From IMG/VR virus record IMGVR_UViG_3300049259_000022, positions 1-55,505 of that record: a stretch of DNA of 55,505 bases. One strand, 5' to 3'. The position numbers were made by a program, and so were the translations under genes. Under the pieces are notes generated by a model that saw nothing but the letters and a program-made list of their open reading frames with translations, did no database searches and had not been told where the DNA came from. The stretch comes from a virus. Taxonomy: Duplodnaviria; Caudoviricetes. Each line of letters opens with the position of its first letter. The first letter of the stretch is position 1. Of the stretch, positions 1-9,188 are shown in pieces.

Positions 1-349
1 CGAGGATGGCCTTCCGCTTGAATCCGTAGGGTTCGAAGAGCTGTCGCGTGAAGACAAGCCACTCCTCCAATACCTGATGAGCCGTGAATACATAGATATC
101 TGACTCGTCATGCATACCCCCGATAAGTACCTGCATGACGTTAGTGAAGACTGCCATGGCAATCTCTGGCGACTCGTCGTTGGCGATCTTCCGAGCATTC
201 TTCTTGCCGTCCGCCGTGACCGCCATGTTGCTCTGGTTGTTGACACCGAAGGGCGGATCGGTGATCACGGAGCGGACGTTGCGCTTCCTGTGGAAGATGG
301 TGCACTTCTCGACCGAGTCTCCATGCCAGACATCCTGGATGAGTTTCAT
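1..349 (-). CDS. DNA N6-adenine/N4-cytosine methyltransferase (runs off the window edge)
   Basis: Not in the ORF track. Manual translation from ATG 349 gives MKLIQDVWHGDSVEK...VITDPPFGV...KIAND..., a GD(S/C)...DPP(Y/F) motif IV near the N-terminus as in beta-class amino-MTases. RBS AGGAG upstream. Confidence 0.85.
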   Translation of the reverse strand, partial: MKLIQDVWHGDSVEKCTIFHRKRNVRSVITDPPFGVNNQSNMAVTADGKKNARKIANDESPEIAMAVFTNVMQVLIGGMHDESDIYVFTAHQVLEEWLVFTRQLFEPYGFKRKAIL

Positions 350-357
350 GCGTTCTC

Positions 358-669
358 CTACCAGGGCATATCAGCTGAGTCGGGAGGGGGTCCAGGCATG
401 GCGACAGGTACCTCCGGAACCGCGACGACTTCCTGCTTGGTCTCGATGTCACAGGTATGTACACTGTTGTGCTCGCACACAGGACAGCATACGACCCAGG
501 TAACCTCGCCGTGAGTGAGAACGGATTCCAGGGAGGGCATCAGTTCGACCTGGACTGTCACGCCTTCCTGGTCAGCCTCTACGACGACCAGGCGAACACC
601 CTTGATCTCCTTGCCATCGGATAGCAGGCGGGGACGCTGGGCGTAGTCATACCTGAGTTCCAGTGGCAC
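358..669 (-). CDS. hypothetical protein with CCPVC/HTC metal-binding motif
   Basis: Fits the packed leftward operon; CPVCEH...HTC cluster. Confidence 0.6.
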   Translation of the reverse strand: MPLELRYDYAQRPRLLSDGKEIKGVRLVVVEADQEGVTVQVELMPSLESVLTHGEVTWVVCCPVCEHNSVHTCDIETKQEVVAVPEVPVAMPGPPPDSADMPW

Positions 670-1141
670 GGTCCATCAACTCCCAGATTTCCTTGGGGAT
701 CTCGTTCGGATCGAAGCCGGTATACTCTTCGACCTTGACGACAATCACCGGATGAGTGATGTCGATATCTTGCGACACCATGACCGACCGGACTTCCAGG
801 TTGTCCTTGTCGTTGTGGTACAGGAACCCCTGGAACGCATCCTCGATAGCTTTGAGGGCGTTTGTCGCGTCGATCTCGTGCTTGCGAGCTGTCCGGGCCT
901 GGGGGGTGACGTACTCGGCGCGCTGCCTCCAGAAGAAACAGCTGAGCTTGAGCTTGACCCCCTTCTCGAACCAGAGCTGACCCTTCTCGGTGCCGAGGTA
1001 TTCGCGGATCGCTTCCTGGTAGGCGCGCAGCTGCTGGTTCGGTCCGACCGCAGCACGCATACCTCCCTTGCGGATAACGTACGCCTCGCCAACCGCCCAG
1101 GGCTCAGGATTGATCGGAAAGACGAACCACTTCTCGGTCAC
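647..1141 (-). CDS. rusA: RusA-like Holliday junction resolvase
   Basis: DATNALKAIEDAFQGFLYHNDKD matches the RusA D-x-x-N-x-x-K-x-x-x-D-A-x-x-G...D-D pattern. Confidence 0.8.
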   Translation of the reverse strand: MTEKWFVFPINPEPWAVGEAYVIRKGGMRAAVGPNQQLRAYQEAIREYLGTEKGQLWFEKGVKLKLSCFFWRQRAEYVTPQARTARKHEIDATNALKAIEDAFQGFLYHNDKDNLEVRSVMVSQDIDITHPVIVVKVEEYTGFDPNEIPKEIWELMDRATGTQV

Positions 1142-1731
1142 CGGTCATCCCGCTCGTGAACATTCTTGGCGTAGGTCACGTCTCCAGCCAGCGCGCCGAG
1201 CTTGGAAGTCAGCTGCTGGAGGACCATGTCCGCGTCGTAGTAAGGCTTCATCTCCTCGGTGATCGTCATCTCCAGCTCGATCTTGACGCCGGTCTCGTCA
1301 CTGTAGGCGACCTCGATGCGAGGGCCATCCGGACGCCAGTCGGTCTCTCCGCTGTCCCGGATGGTGGCGACAGCCTCGAGTGGAGGGTTGACCATGAGGG
1401 GTTGGAGCTTGCCGATCGCCGTCATGTACTGATTGGTCTCGATGTTGTTCGGCAGACCTTCCGGCGAGATCGAGAAGTTGTCCGGGCGCTCAAGCTTGAC
1501 GATCGCGTCGACCGGCATCCCAGACTGGCTGTAGCCCCAGGGGGTGTCGCCGTACGTGGCATCGTGAATGCTTACGGCTCGGTCAGCGATGTTCTGTGCG
1601 CGGGAGGCTACCCTGGTCAGAAGCTCGTCGGTTACCGCGACACCGTCATCCGGCAGGGGGTTATGCGTCGCGTCAAAGCAGGCGCCGAGGTGATCTCGGT
1701 CCTCAATAGCGCAGTACTTGTGATGCTTCAT
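1138..1731 (-). CDS. hypothetical protein
   Basis: 197-aa ORF with 4-bp overlaps to both neighbours. Confidence 0.65.
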   Translation of the reverse strand: MKHHKYCAIEDRDHLGACFDATHNPLPDDGVAVTDELLTRVASRAQNIADRAVSIHDATYGDTPWGYSQSGMPVDAIVKLERPDNFSISPEGLPNNIETNQYMTAIGKLQPLMVNPPLEAVATIRDSGETDWRPDGPRIEVAYSDETGVKIELEMTITEEMKPYYDADMVLQQLTSKLGALAGDVTYAKNVHERDDR

Positions 1732-2852
1732 ACTGATTCAGCCTTTCGTTCTTCGCGTGGCACTCCGATGGAGATGTAACCAGACCCGCCGTCAATCTTC
1801 CAAGGCTTGACCGGGTCGTCAGGGTTGTAATAGATCACGACCTTGTCATCTGGCGCGTTGTTGATGCCGTCGAGGATGTTCTGGGGTGTGAACTTGTAGG
1901 TGACACGAGCATGATCTGCCTGCGCACCATTGAGCATGATCGAGCTACCGAGCAGACCCATCTCGGCGTCCGCTCCCATGGCCGCAAACTCGCCTCGCCC
2001 GATGATGATGCTGACCGTGGGAGTATCCCGCTCGTTCTGGGTCATGATGATTGCCTGTGACAAGATACTCAGTGCGAGATCCTTGTTAACCTCGATCATC
2101 GCGGGCGGTGTGTAGGTTGCGTAAGTCCCGATGTTCGGATACTGTACATCGTAGATGACAGTACGGATCTGAGTCGCCTCGTCGGGCATCAAGAGCAGGG
2201 TATTCTTCACCATGCCCATCTTGACATCGGCTTCAGGTCGAATCACGGCACCCAGGAGCCCCGACGGGATGGTCACGGGCGCGTCTAGCGGCACGCTACA
2301 CGGGATCATAGCGAGCCTGTATTTGTCCGTGGCCGCTATGGCGTGTCCGTTCAAGTGAACCCCCGTATAGGGCGGTTCACCACGCTTGGCAGCTGCCCAT
2401 TCGACCGCCGCGATCAGGGCTCCGAACTTCTCCACCGTGGCAAGATTCTCAGGAGGCACAGCATCCCACTGTGGATAGCCTTCAGCGCGCATCATATTGA
2501 GGCGTCCTCGTGAGCGCCCCTGTGTGAAGTGAATCTGAGTGTCCTTCTGTTCCAGGGTAACTGTCTGGCCGGAGCCCAAAGGGAACGAGTTCACGATCGA
2601 GGCGAGGATCGATGAGCTCAGTCGCCACACGGTATACTGGTCCACGGCGACCTCGAGGGCTGGTACGATCTCCAGGTAGAAGACTTCGAGGTTGGTAGCC
2701 TTGAGTGTAATCTGTCCTGGGTACTGCGGGCTGATCTCGAAGATGAGCCCAGCCGAGCTATCGAGTGCCTTTCCGGCCTTCGTGGGCGCAATCCGGCTGG
2801 CCTTCTTGATGGCGGCAGCCAGGGCGGCGACCTCGAATCGCAGCTTGGTCAC
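1728..2852 (-). CDS. dnaN: DNA polymerase III beta sliding clamp
   Basis: 374 aa; ATNLE, GVHL, AATDKYRLA and YPN motifs typical of the beta clamp. Confidence 0.9.
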   Translation of the reverse strand: MTKLRFEVAALAAAIKKASRIAPTKAGKALDSSAGLIFEISPQYPGQITLKATNLEVFYLEIVPALEVAVDQYTVWRLSSSILASIVNSFPLGSGQTVTLEQKDTQIHFTQGRSRGRLNMMRAEGYPQWDAVPPENLATVEKFGALIAAVEWAAAKRGEPPYTGVHLNGHAIAATDKYRLAMIPCSVPLDAPVTIPSGLLGAVIRPEADVKMGMVKNTLLLMPDEATQIRTVIYDVQYPNIGTYATYTPPAMIEVNKDLALSILSQAIIMTQNERDTPTVSIIIGRGEFAAMGADAEMGLLGSSIMLNGAQADHARVTYKFTPQNILDGINNAPDDKVVIYYNPDDPVKPWKIDGGSGYISIGVPREERKAESV

Positions 2853-3433
2853 GCGTTATCCCAGGAGTCCTCAGCGACGGCCAGGTAGTGGTCGAGCATC
2901 CAACGGTACCGGGCGATGCTGTCCTCGAGGTCTGGACGGACGCGGTGCTTCTCGCGACCAGGACAGTCGATTTCCATCTTCGTGAACAGATTTGGATTGA
3001 CGATCTTCATCGTCTCGATCATCGAGGTTGTGTCGATGTTCCGGTAATGGAAGCGCTCAACCAGGGGATCTGGAGCGTGCCATTCCATGAACGAGCGGTC
3101 GAACTGGATCGAGCTCCCGCACATCGGATGCCGGTTGATGTTGTGCTCGATAAGGAAGACCTCTAGCTCGCCCCAGGCGATATCCTCGCGCTGACCTTCC
3201 TTCTTGTTGATGACCTGCTGGAACAGGCCGGAGTTCGCGTGCATGGTCTTGACGAACGGCTCGCAGCTGATATCCCAGTTGTACTGCTTGGGATCATACT
3301 TGACCAGGGTATCGAACCAGTCGAGCTCCAGACCCCACTGATCGGTGATCATGCAGCCGATCTCGAGGATGATCTCCGTCTGCGGGTTGAGACCACTGGT
3401 CTCCAGGTCGATCCAGAACATCTTGTGAATCAC
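2849..3433 (-). CDS. orn: oligoribonuclease (DEDDh exonuclease)
   Basis: WIDLETSGL, ILEIGCMITD, MHANSGL, CGSSIQFDRSFM, FHYRNIDTTS and KHR...D motifs. Confidence 0.9.
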   Translation of the reverse strand: MIHKMFWIDLETSGLNPQTEIILEIGCMITDQWGLELDWFDTLVKYDPKQYNWDISCEPFVKTMHANSGLFQQVINKKEGQREDIAWGELEVFLIEHNINRHPMCGSSIQFDRSFMEWHAPDPLVERFHYRNIDTTSMIETMKIVNPNLFTKMEIDCPGREKHRVRPDLEDSIARYRWMLDHYLAVAEDSWDNA

Positions 3434-3630
3434 GTCTTACTCCCGTACGTGTTATTGACCAGGCGGCTTGCCTCGGTCTTGGAAATCCTGTAGTCGCCTC
3501 GTTCACCAGGTAGGCGGATGGCCTCGATGGTCTTATCCTTGATCCATCGACGCACGGTGTAAGGCTTCACACTGAGCATCTTGGCGAGCTGCGCAACAGA
3601 ATAATACTGCTCGATAGGCTCCTCGCTCAC
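3430..3630 (-). CDS. excisionase/MerR-like helix-turn-helix protein
   Basis: YYSVAQLAKMLSVKPYTVRRWIK...AIRLPG..YRI. Start placed at GTG 3630, overlapping the helicase stop. Confidence 0.8.
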   Translation of the reverse strand: MSEEPIEQYYSVAQLAKMLSVKPYTVRRWIKDKTIEAIRLPGERGDYRISKTEASRLVNNTYGSKT

Positions 3631-5174
3631 TCGTCCTCCTCCTCTTGCAGGGCGGCGATGAGCTTCTTCTTGAAGCTTCCCTCGTTGACAGTCATGCCGA
3701 TGAGGTTCGACTTTGTCTTGAGAATCTGCTCTACTCGAGACTCGATCGTTCCGCGACACATGTACTCGTGAATCTGTACTGGCTGCGTCTCGTTCGCACC
3801 GATGCGATGCATGCGGTCGATCGCCTGCTGGTTCATGCCAGGCGTAAATAGCTTGTCGATGAAGAATCCGTGCCGAGCTGCAGTCATATTCAGACCGACG
3901 CCAGCAACCTGGAGCATACAGACGATGACGTTGCCGAACTCGACTATCTCACCGACCGCGTTCCGGCCAGAGGCGTTCGTACCAGACCACTCGCGAACAA
4001 CTCCCTGACGATCCGCCTTGTCTACATCGCCGTGGAGCTCCCAGATCTTTGTTGACGGAGATTGCTCATCGAGGCGCTGGGCGAACTGCTCTAGCACATC
4101 CCTGAACTGGGTGAAGACAACGCAGCGATGTCCGTTGTTGGAGACCTGCATGACATCCTCGACAACCGAGTCCAGCTTGGCACTGATGTCCTTGCCGTTG
4201 AAGGTCATCGTCGTTCCGCAGACCTGCTTGAGGCGCAAGAACTTGGTGAGGGCGTTTTCGATCTCTTCAGGGTTATCGAGGTTGGCGCGTTCTACTTGCA
4301 GCTCGTTCTTGATCTGTTCGTAGATGCGACGCTGCTCGGCGTGGAGGTCCACCGTGTGTCGGATGATCTGGACCTCTGGTAGGTTCAGTACCTCCGACTT
4401 CATCCGGCGAACCATCCAGCGAGAAAGGCGTTCGCGGAGTTCCTTCTCGTTCTTGATGCCGATGATGGACTTGTCCTGGTAGCCGCCGAAGACTGCATAC
4501 CGATTGACGAAGCTCCAGTACTTCGGGAATTCCATCGGAGCTACCGAGTGTAGTAGACTCCATAGCTCGTCAACCTTGTTCAGCATTGGCGTACCGGTCA
4601 TCGGGAAGGTGCGGGGTGCCCGAAGTGCATGCCAAGCCTTGGTGCGCTTTGCCTTGTAATTCTTGATGAGGTGAGCTTCGTCAGCAATCCGATGACTGAA
4701 CTCCATCTCATTGAAGTCATTGACGTGCTGCACGAGCATCTCGTAGTTGACGACCATGATCTTGGGTGTCCAGCCGGATGCTGCCTGCAGTCCCTCGATT
4801 TCCATGAAGGACTCCAGTTGCTTCCTGCGGGCAGCTGGTGTGAGTTTCTTTGATCGACCATGATCGTCGTACTCAATCCCGCAGATCATCACGGGGAACC
4901 GAGTGAAGTTCTTGATCTCGTCATACCAGTTACCCAGCAGACCTGCTGGGCAGACGACGATGGCATTCTTCGCCCAGGGGACATCCGGAGTGGACCGGAT
5001 CACGTCAGCGGCATACACAGTCAGCGCCTGCAAGGTCTTACCGAGTCCCATGTCATCGGCCAGGATGAGGGACTGCTGACGAAGCATGCGTCGCACCCCG
5101 TCCAGCTGGTGCGGGTAGTACTCGATTGAATCGAAGAGCCAAGGCTCGAGACTCTTGCGGTGCGCCAGGCTCAC
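3627..5174 (-). CDS. SNF2-family helicase/translocase
   Basis: LADDMGLGKT, DEAH, TGTP, GVGLN and QAIDRMHRIG motifs. Confidence 0.95.
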   Translation of the reverse strand: MSLAHRKSLEPWLFDSIEYYPHQLDGVRRMLRQQSLILADDMGLGKTLQALTVYAADVIRSTPDVPWAKNAIVVCPAGLLGNWYDEIKNFTRFPVMICGIEYDDHGRSKKLTPAARRKQLESFMEIEGLQAASGWTPKIMVVNYEMLVQHVNDFNEMEFSHRIADEAHLIKNYKAKRTKAWHALRAPRTFPMTGTPMLNKVDELWSLLHSVAPMEFPKYWSFVNRYAVFGGYQDKSIIGIKNEKELRERLSRWMVRRMKSEVLNLPEVQIIRHTVDLHAEQRRIYEQIKNELQVERANLDNPEEIENALTKFLRLKQVCGTTMTFNGKDISAKLDSVVEDVMQVSNNGHRCVVFTQFRDVLEQFAQRLDEQSPSTKIWELHGDVDKADRQGVVREWSGTNASGRNAVGEIVEFGNVIVCMLQVAGVGLNMTAARHGFFIDKLFTPGMNQQAIDRMHRIGANETQPVQIHEYMCRGTIESRVEQILKTKSNLIGMTVNEGSFKKKLIAALQEEEDE

Positions 5175-5572
5175 AAGTTCTTGCCTCCGTGACGGAACGC
5201 TCGCGTCTTGTTGTACTCCATCTTTCGACGCGTCTCGGCGATCAGGTCGATGTCATGTACAGCCGAGTAATGGAGCAGCCGGATGAAGATGTCAGCGAAC
5301 TCACTGCCGACACCCTCGGGCTTTGGAAGGCTGCCGGTGCCACGCGCACTCTCCTGGACAGTGGTGTCATCGAAGCCCCAGTTCCGGAACGCCTCAAAAG
5401 CCTCACTGACCTCCGAATGCAACAGGGCGATCTCGTCACCGAATGTACGCTTCGGGTCTGGCTCCCAGCCGAGCTTGATGCAGTTCTCTACGATCTCGGC
5501 GGTGATCTTCTGGATGGCCACCTTGAGGGTGCCGTCGTTACACTCCTTACACACGCTGTTTCCTTCTCTCAT
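5171..5572 (-). CDS. MazG-like nucleotide pyrophosphohydrolase
   Basis: EIALLHSEVSEAFEA...SEFADIFIR...KMEYNKTR; start trimmed to ATG 5572. Confidence 0.85.
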   Translation of the reverse strand: MREGNSVCKECNDGTLKVAIQKITAEIVENCIKLGWEPDPKRTFGDEIALLHSEVSEAFEAFRNWGFDDTTVQESARGTGSLPKPEGVGSEFADIFIRLLHYSAVHDIDLIAETRRKMEYNKTRAFRHGGKNL

Positions 5573-5834
5573 CCCACTCGTCTGGCGTGATCTCGCCGTC
5601 ATGCAACTTGCGACACAGCTCGGAGCATACACCCGTGCCCCTGAAGATCTGCATCTGAATCTCGTCGCGGCACTCAGTGCAGAAATACCCTGGAATGACG
5701 CGAATGGTCATCTTAGGCTCCCCCGGCCACAGCACGAAGTCCTCCTGCCTCAGAGGTGTCGCGAACAGCTCCCGGAGAGCCTCCATCGCTCGGCTGTACT
5801 CCTCGAACGTCCTGAATGGACTCTGGCTCGACAT
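5547..5834 (-). CDS. hypothetical zinc-finger protein
   Basis: CTEC...CSELC motif; start taken at ATG 5834. Confidence 0.55.
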   Translation of the reverse strand: MSSQSPFRTFEEYSRAMEALRELFATPLRQEDFVLWPGEPKMTIRVIPGYFCTECRDEIQMQIFRGTGVCSELCRKLHDGEITPDEWDERRKQRV

Positions 5835-6054
5835 TGAGTGTCTCCACAAGATTGTTCCACAGGTCGGGATACTTCTCGATCACCTTCTGCAGCAACATCG
5901 CCTGCGTAGTGATCTCATCCATGGATGTAACCAAAATCTGAACCTCGCGAGGAACAAGATACACAGGCATGGATCGGAGAGCTCTGCCGCTCAGCTTCTC
6001 AACGAGACGGCTCCACTCTCGCATTGCCTTCTCCGTCTCAGTAGGACCTGCCAT
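5713..6054 (-). CDS. hypothetical protein
   Basis: Start coupled to the upstream stop (TGATG); tail overlaps the next gene by ~120 nt. Confidence 0.55.
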   Translation of the reverse strand: MAGPTETEKAMREWSRLVEKLSGRALRSMPVYLVPREVQILVTSMDEITTQAMLLQKVIEKYPDLWNNLVETLNVEPESIQDVRGVQPSDGGSPGAVRDTSEAGGLRAVAGGA

Positions 6055-6284
6055 CAGAACAACGGCTCCTGTCCTGGGACCTGCTCATCAGCCATCTGCT
6101 GTTCGGTCTTAGTGTCCCCATTGGTCTTGCGGACGCAGTTACCGTGCGCCGCCTTTCCGCTTGGACGCTCGACCATAGCTGGCTTTAAGCGTCCTCCGCG
6201 CCGACGATACCAAGGTGTGATCTCTTCGAACACATCCTTGTCATCGTCAGATATCTCTTGAGTACATAGCGAGCACGTCCGCAT
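6054..6284 (-). CDS. hypothetical zinc-binding protein
   Basis: CSLC...HGNC; RBS GAAGGAGG before ATG 6284. Confidence 0.6.
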   Translation of the reverse strand: MRTCSLCTQEISDDDKDVFEEITPWYRRRGGRLKPAMVERPSGKAAHGNCVRKTNGDTKTEQQMADEQVPGQEPLF

Positions 6285-6432
6285 GTCGCCTCCTTCTACA
6301 GTCACATGTTAGTTTGGTGCGACCAGCGCGAGTGCGGGCGATATCGATGCAGTGCTCGCAGTCATCATCCTGGCAGAAGGTGCAACTCCAGGGGACCGAT
6401 GAGATATCATGACGCTGATCATGGCGTTTCAC
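6247..6432 (-). CDS. small Cys-rich hypothetical protein
   Basis: CTFC, CEHC and CDC in 61 aa; ATGA overlap with the upstream gene. Confidence 0.55.
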   Translation of the reverse strand: MKRHDQRHDISSVPWSCTFCQDDDCEHCIDIARTRAGRTKLTCDCRRRRHADVLAMYSRDI

Positions 6433-7022
6433 TGTTTGTCGGGCGGGGGGAACTTAACACCCTTGCCAGCGAACTGATGGCATCCAGAGCAGTCGTCCGG
6501 AGCGTTCACCATCCGGTCATCCAGGTTCGGATACCTCATGTTACAGTTCTTGCAGAACACCTCGCCGTCCTGCTCGATGTTCGAGGTGACGTTATACTCG
6601 TTGCACAGGCGCAGGTACTCAGGGAAGTTCCGGCCGATGATTTTCTGCGCCTGCGCCTCGAAGGCCGCCGCGTCGCCCACATGAAAAGGTGAGCCGGGAA
6701 TCTTGGTCCCCTCGGTGGTCATCTTGGCGTGTTCCGCGTCGATGACCTCCTGCTGCTCCTTGTCGTGATTCACGCCACAGACTACACAGCGTCCATACTT
6801 GAACTTCCGCGTAGCTTGGAGGATGCCGAGCATCTGCGCACCCCAGCCGTTGAAGTTCATGGCAGCCCACATGAGACTGCCGATCTTGTCGAGGGCCTCG
6901 TCGTCTTGCTGATCCAGCCAGAGATGCACCTCATGCGAGATGGACTCGTTCATCACCTGCTGATGCTCGACGAACTGCTGATATTGAGTCAGCGGATCTT
7001 CTTCGTTGCCAGCGGTTGTCAC
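6429..7022 (-). CDS. hypothetical protein with three CxxC motifs
   Basis: CVVC, CKNC, CSGC; RBS AGGAG. Confidence 0.7.
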   Translation of the reverse strand: MTTAGNEEDPLTQYQQFVEHQQVMNESISHEVHLWLDQQDDEALDKIGSLMWAAMNFNGWGAQMLGILQATRKFKYGRCVVCGVNHDKEQQEVIDAEHAKMTTEGTKIPGSPFHVGDAAAFEAQAQKIIGRNFPEYLRLCNEYNVTSNIEQDGEVFCKNCNMRYPNLDDRMVNAPDDCSGCHQFAGKGVKFPPPDKQ

Positions 7023-7037
7023 TTGTCTCTCCTAAGA

Positions 7038-7085
7038 GACGACGGGGACACGAGGGTAGCAGCTCTAGGACTCGTGCCCCCGTCT
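7038..7085 (-). terminator. hairpin downstream of the SSB-like gene
   Basis: Imperfect inverted repeat agacg..ggggacacgag / ctcgtgcccccgtct. Confidence 0.5.
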
Positions 7086-7096
7086 GGGGAGGTGGA

Positions 7097-8425
7097 TCAG
7101 AAGGGAAGGTCGTCGTTGTCAGCGCCAGGGGCAACCGGGACGGAGGCTGCTGGGACAGCTGGGGATGTGGGCACCTGTGCAGACGCAGTAGGAGCCGGTG
7201 CCGCTACAGCCTGCGAGGGGGCAGGCTGCGGAGTAGGGGCCGCGACAGCTGCGGGCGCAGGTGCCGGGACCGGAGCGGGTGTAGGAACGGCCGCTGGAGC
7301 CGGTGGGGTGACGGGTGCGGATGCCACCGGAGCGGGCGCTGGTGGTGCCACAGCGGCCGGTTGCGGTGCGGGTGCGGGCTCCGCTACGGGAGCCGGGGTC
7401 GGCGTTACCGGGGCGGCCTGTGGGACAGGCTGCTGGATAGCAGCAGGTGCCTGCATCGGCTCCTGGTTCGGGAAGGTCTGACCGGCCCACGGGTCGGCAG
7501 AGTTCGGAACAACCTCTCCCTGGACGGGAGCCTGTGCTGCTGGTGCGGGCTGAGCCACAGGAGCAGGTTGCGCGACTGGCGCTGGCTGGGCGGGCTGAAC
7601 GACGGCAACAGGCTGGGCCATTGGCTGCGCTGCGACAGGCTGTGGAGTCGCTGCAGCCGCAGGCTTATCCTCGAATACCCGAGGTTCGCGGGCCAGGAAG
7701 TTCCGCATCTCGATGTAGAGACCGGACCACTCGGCCCAGTTCACGGAGTCCGTCGCGGCGGCGCGCTGGAAGGTGATGTTCGAGTACTCGTTGTCGCCGC
7801 GCTTCAGGAGCTGGAGGCTGATCGTGGTGATGGCCGTGAAGGCCGCCGTCTCTGCTGCCTTGAATCCGCCCAGGTAGTGCTTGGCCGGGGTGATGTTGGT
7901 CTTCGACAGGTTCAGGACGGCCGGAAGGTACTGGCCGGTGCCGAACGGGTCCATCAGTAGAGGAAGCGACCAGACCTCGTTGCAGTACGGCTTGCCGCCC
8001 AGAGGATGCGTATCCCACTCCTTGAGCTTGCAGTCCGCGCAGTTGAATACCAGCTGGCCGTCATCACGCGGCTGGACGTGAGCCTGAGTCAGTTCCGCCC
8101 TGTCATACGGGAACGGCGAGATGGTCTGCTTCAGATTGACGAAGCCTTGTGCGAAGTCGTTCGATCGGCACATCGGCTGCGACTGCTGACCAGCCGGAAC
8201 CTGAGCGGGCCACAGCGTGCGCTGCTTGACCAGCCCGAGGATGATGACGTTCAGCGACTGCATCTTGTTATTCGACAGGCTGTCGCGGAACATTCCCTCC
8301 TTGTTGACGATCTGCAGCCGGGGAATGCTGAGATCCGCCTGGGTCATGTCATCCAGGCCGGTGTTGAACTGGTCGGCCTGAGGTACGGCAACTTGAGTGC
8401 CAGGACCAACGGGTGATACCGTCAT
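7097..8425 (-). CDS. putative single-stranded DNA-binding protein with long Pro/Ala linker
   Basis: DLSIPRLQI N-terminal motif, four Cys, ~180-aa Pro/Ala tract, acidic-aromatic C-terminus DNDDLPF; lies in a replication cluster. Confidence 0.65.
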   Translation of the reverse strand: MTVSPVGPGTQVAVPQADQFNTGLDDMTQADLSIPRLQIVNKEGMFRDSLSNNKMQSLNVIILGLVKQRTLWPAQVPAGQQSQPMCRSNDFAQGFVNLKQTISPFPYDRAELTQAHVQPRDDGQLVFNCADCKLKEWDTHPLGGKPYCNEVWSLPLLMDPFGTGQYLPAVLNLSKTNITPAKHYLGGFKAAETAAFTAITTISLQLLKRGDNEYSNITFQRAAATDSVNWAEWSGLYIEMRNFLAREPRVFEDKPAAAATPQPVAAQPMAQPVAVVQPAQPAPVAQPAPVAQPAPAAQAPVQGEVVPNSADPWAGQTFPNQEPMQAPAAIQQPVPQAAPVTPTPAPVAEPAPAPQPAAVAPPAPAPVASAPVTPPAPAAVPTPAPVPAPAPAAVAAPTPQPAPSQAVAAPAPTASAQVPTSPAVPAASVPVAPGADNDDLPF

Positions 8426-8439
8426 TCTTTCTCGCTTCC

Positions 8440-8883
8440 CTAGGGTTTGGTGACTGGGGCGACAGCTTCAGCTTTCATGATCTCGAACAGGAAGGGGAAG
8501 TACCCTCCCAGCTGAATCATTCTTGCGGTCGCTATGGAGATTCGGTTCTGACAGGCCTTGATGCTCTGCTCATGCATGTCCTCTGTGGACTGAGCTTCCT
8601 GTAGGCCACGGCGAAGGTCTTGCAAGGTTGGATCAGTACGACGTTCCAGCTTCGCTTTTCCGTCCAGGGCGGTAGCGGAAAGCTCTGGGTGTTTATCGCG
8701 AAGCTCCCTCCAGATGATAGCTTCACGATCAGCGATTTCTTCCGTCAGCCGACGACGCATATCCTTGGCTTCAAGAAGATTGGAATGATAGCCAATCAGT
8801 TCGCCGTTTGCGCTCTGAGCCTCAACGTAAACCTCGTGCACACCGAGCTCATTCTCGGCGTAGGTACGCATCTTACTGGCCAT
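8440..8883 (-). CDS. hypothetical coiled-coil protein
   Basis: 147-aa helical ORF directly after a promoter. Confidence 0.65.
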   Translation of the reverse strand: MASKMRTYAENELGVHEVYVEAQSANGELIGYHSNLLEAKDMRRRLTEEIADREAIIWRELRDKHPELSATALDGKAKLERRTDPTLQDLRRGLQEAQSTEDMHEQSIKACQNRISIATARMIQLGGYFPFLFEIMKAEAVAPVTKP

Positions 8884-8889
8884 GATGTC

Positions 8890-8918
8890 AACCTATCATT
8901 TCCTACGAATTGTGCCAA
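8890..8918 (-). promoter_or_regulatory. SigA-type promoter, probably giving a leaderless mRNA
   Basis: TTGGCA-N17-TAGGTT, then 6 nt, then ATG 8883 with no Shine-Dalgarno. Confidence 0.55.
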
Positions 8919-9188
8919 TCACACGGCGCTATCGGCGGGCGCGTCGGGGGCCTTGACGTTCCATATCGACAGCCCCGAACGAAGAGACAGCTTGTCGTAG
9001 TCAACCGCATTGTGCCTCTCGGTCGCCATCGGGACGAAGACTGCCGCCTCAACGCCCTCTTCGATCTCAATGATCGGAACGAGGGCGGTACTGAATGCGA
9101 CGATCACCTCGCCGTCATGCTCGAGAGAGTCAATTATCGTAACGTCAACTCGACCATTAGTCTCATTGCGATTGAGCCTAATTCTCAT
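8919..9188 (-). CDS. hypothetical protein
   Basis: ATGA overlap with the upstream stop; RBS GGAGG. Confidence 0.6.
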   Translation of the reverse strand: MRIRLNRNETNGRVDVTIIDSLEHDGEVIVAFSTALVPIIEIEEGVEAAVFVPMATERHNAVDYDKLSLRSGLSIWNVKAPDAPADSAV

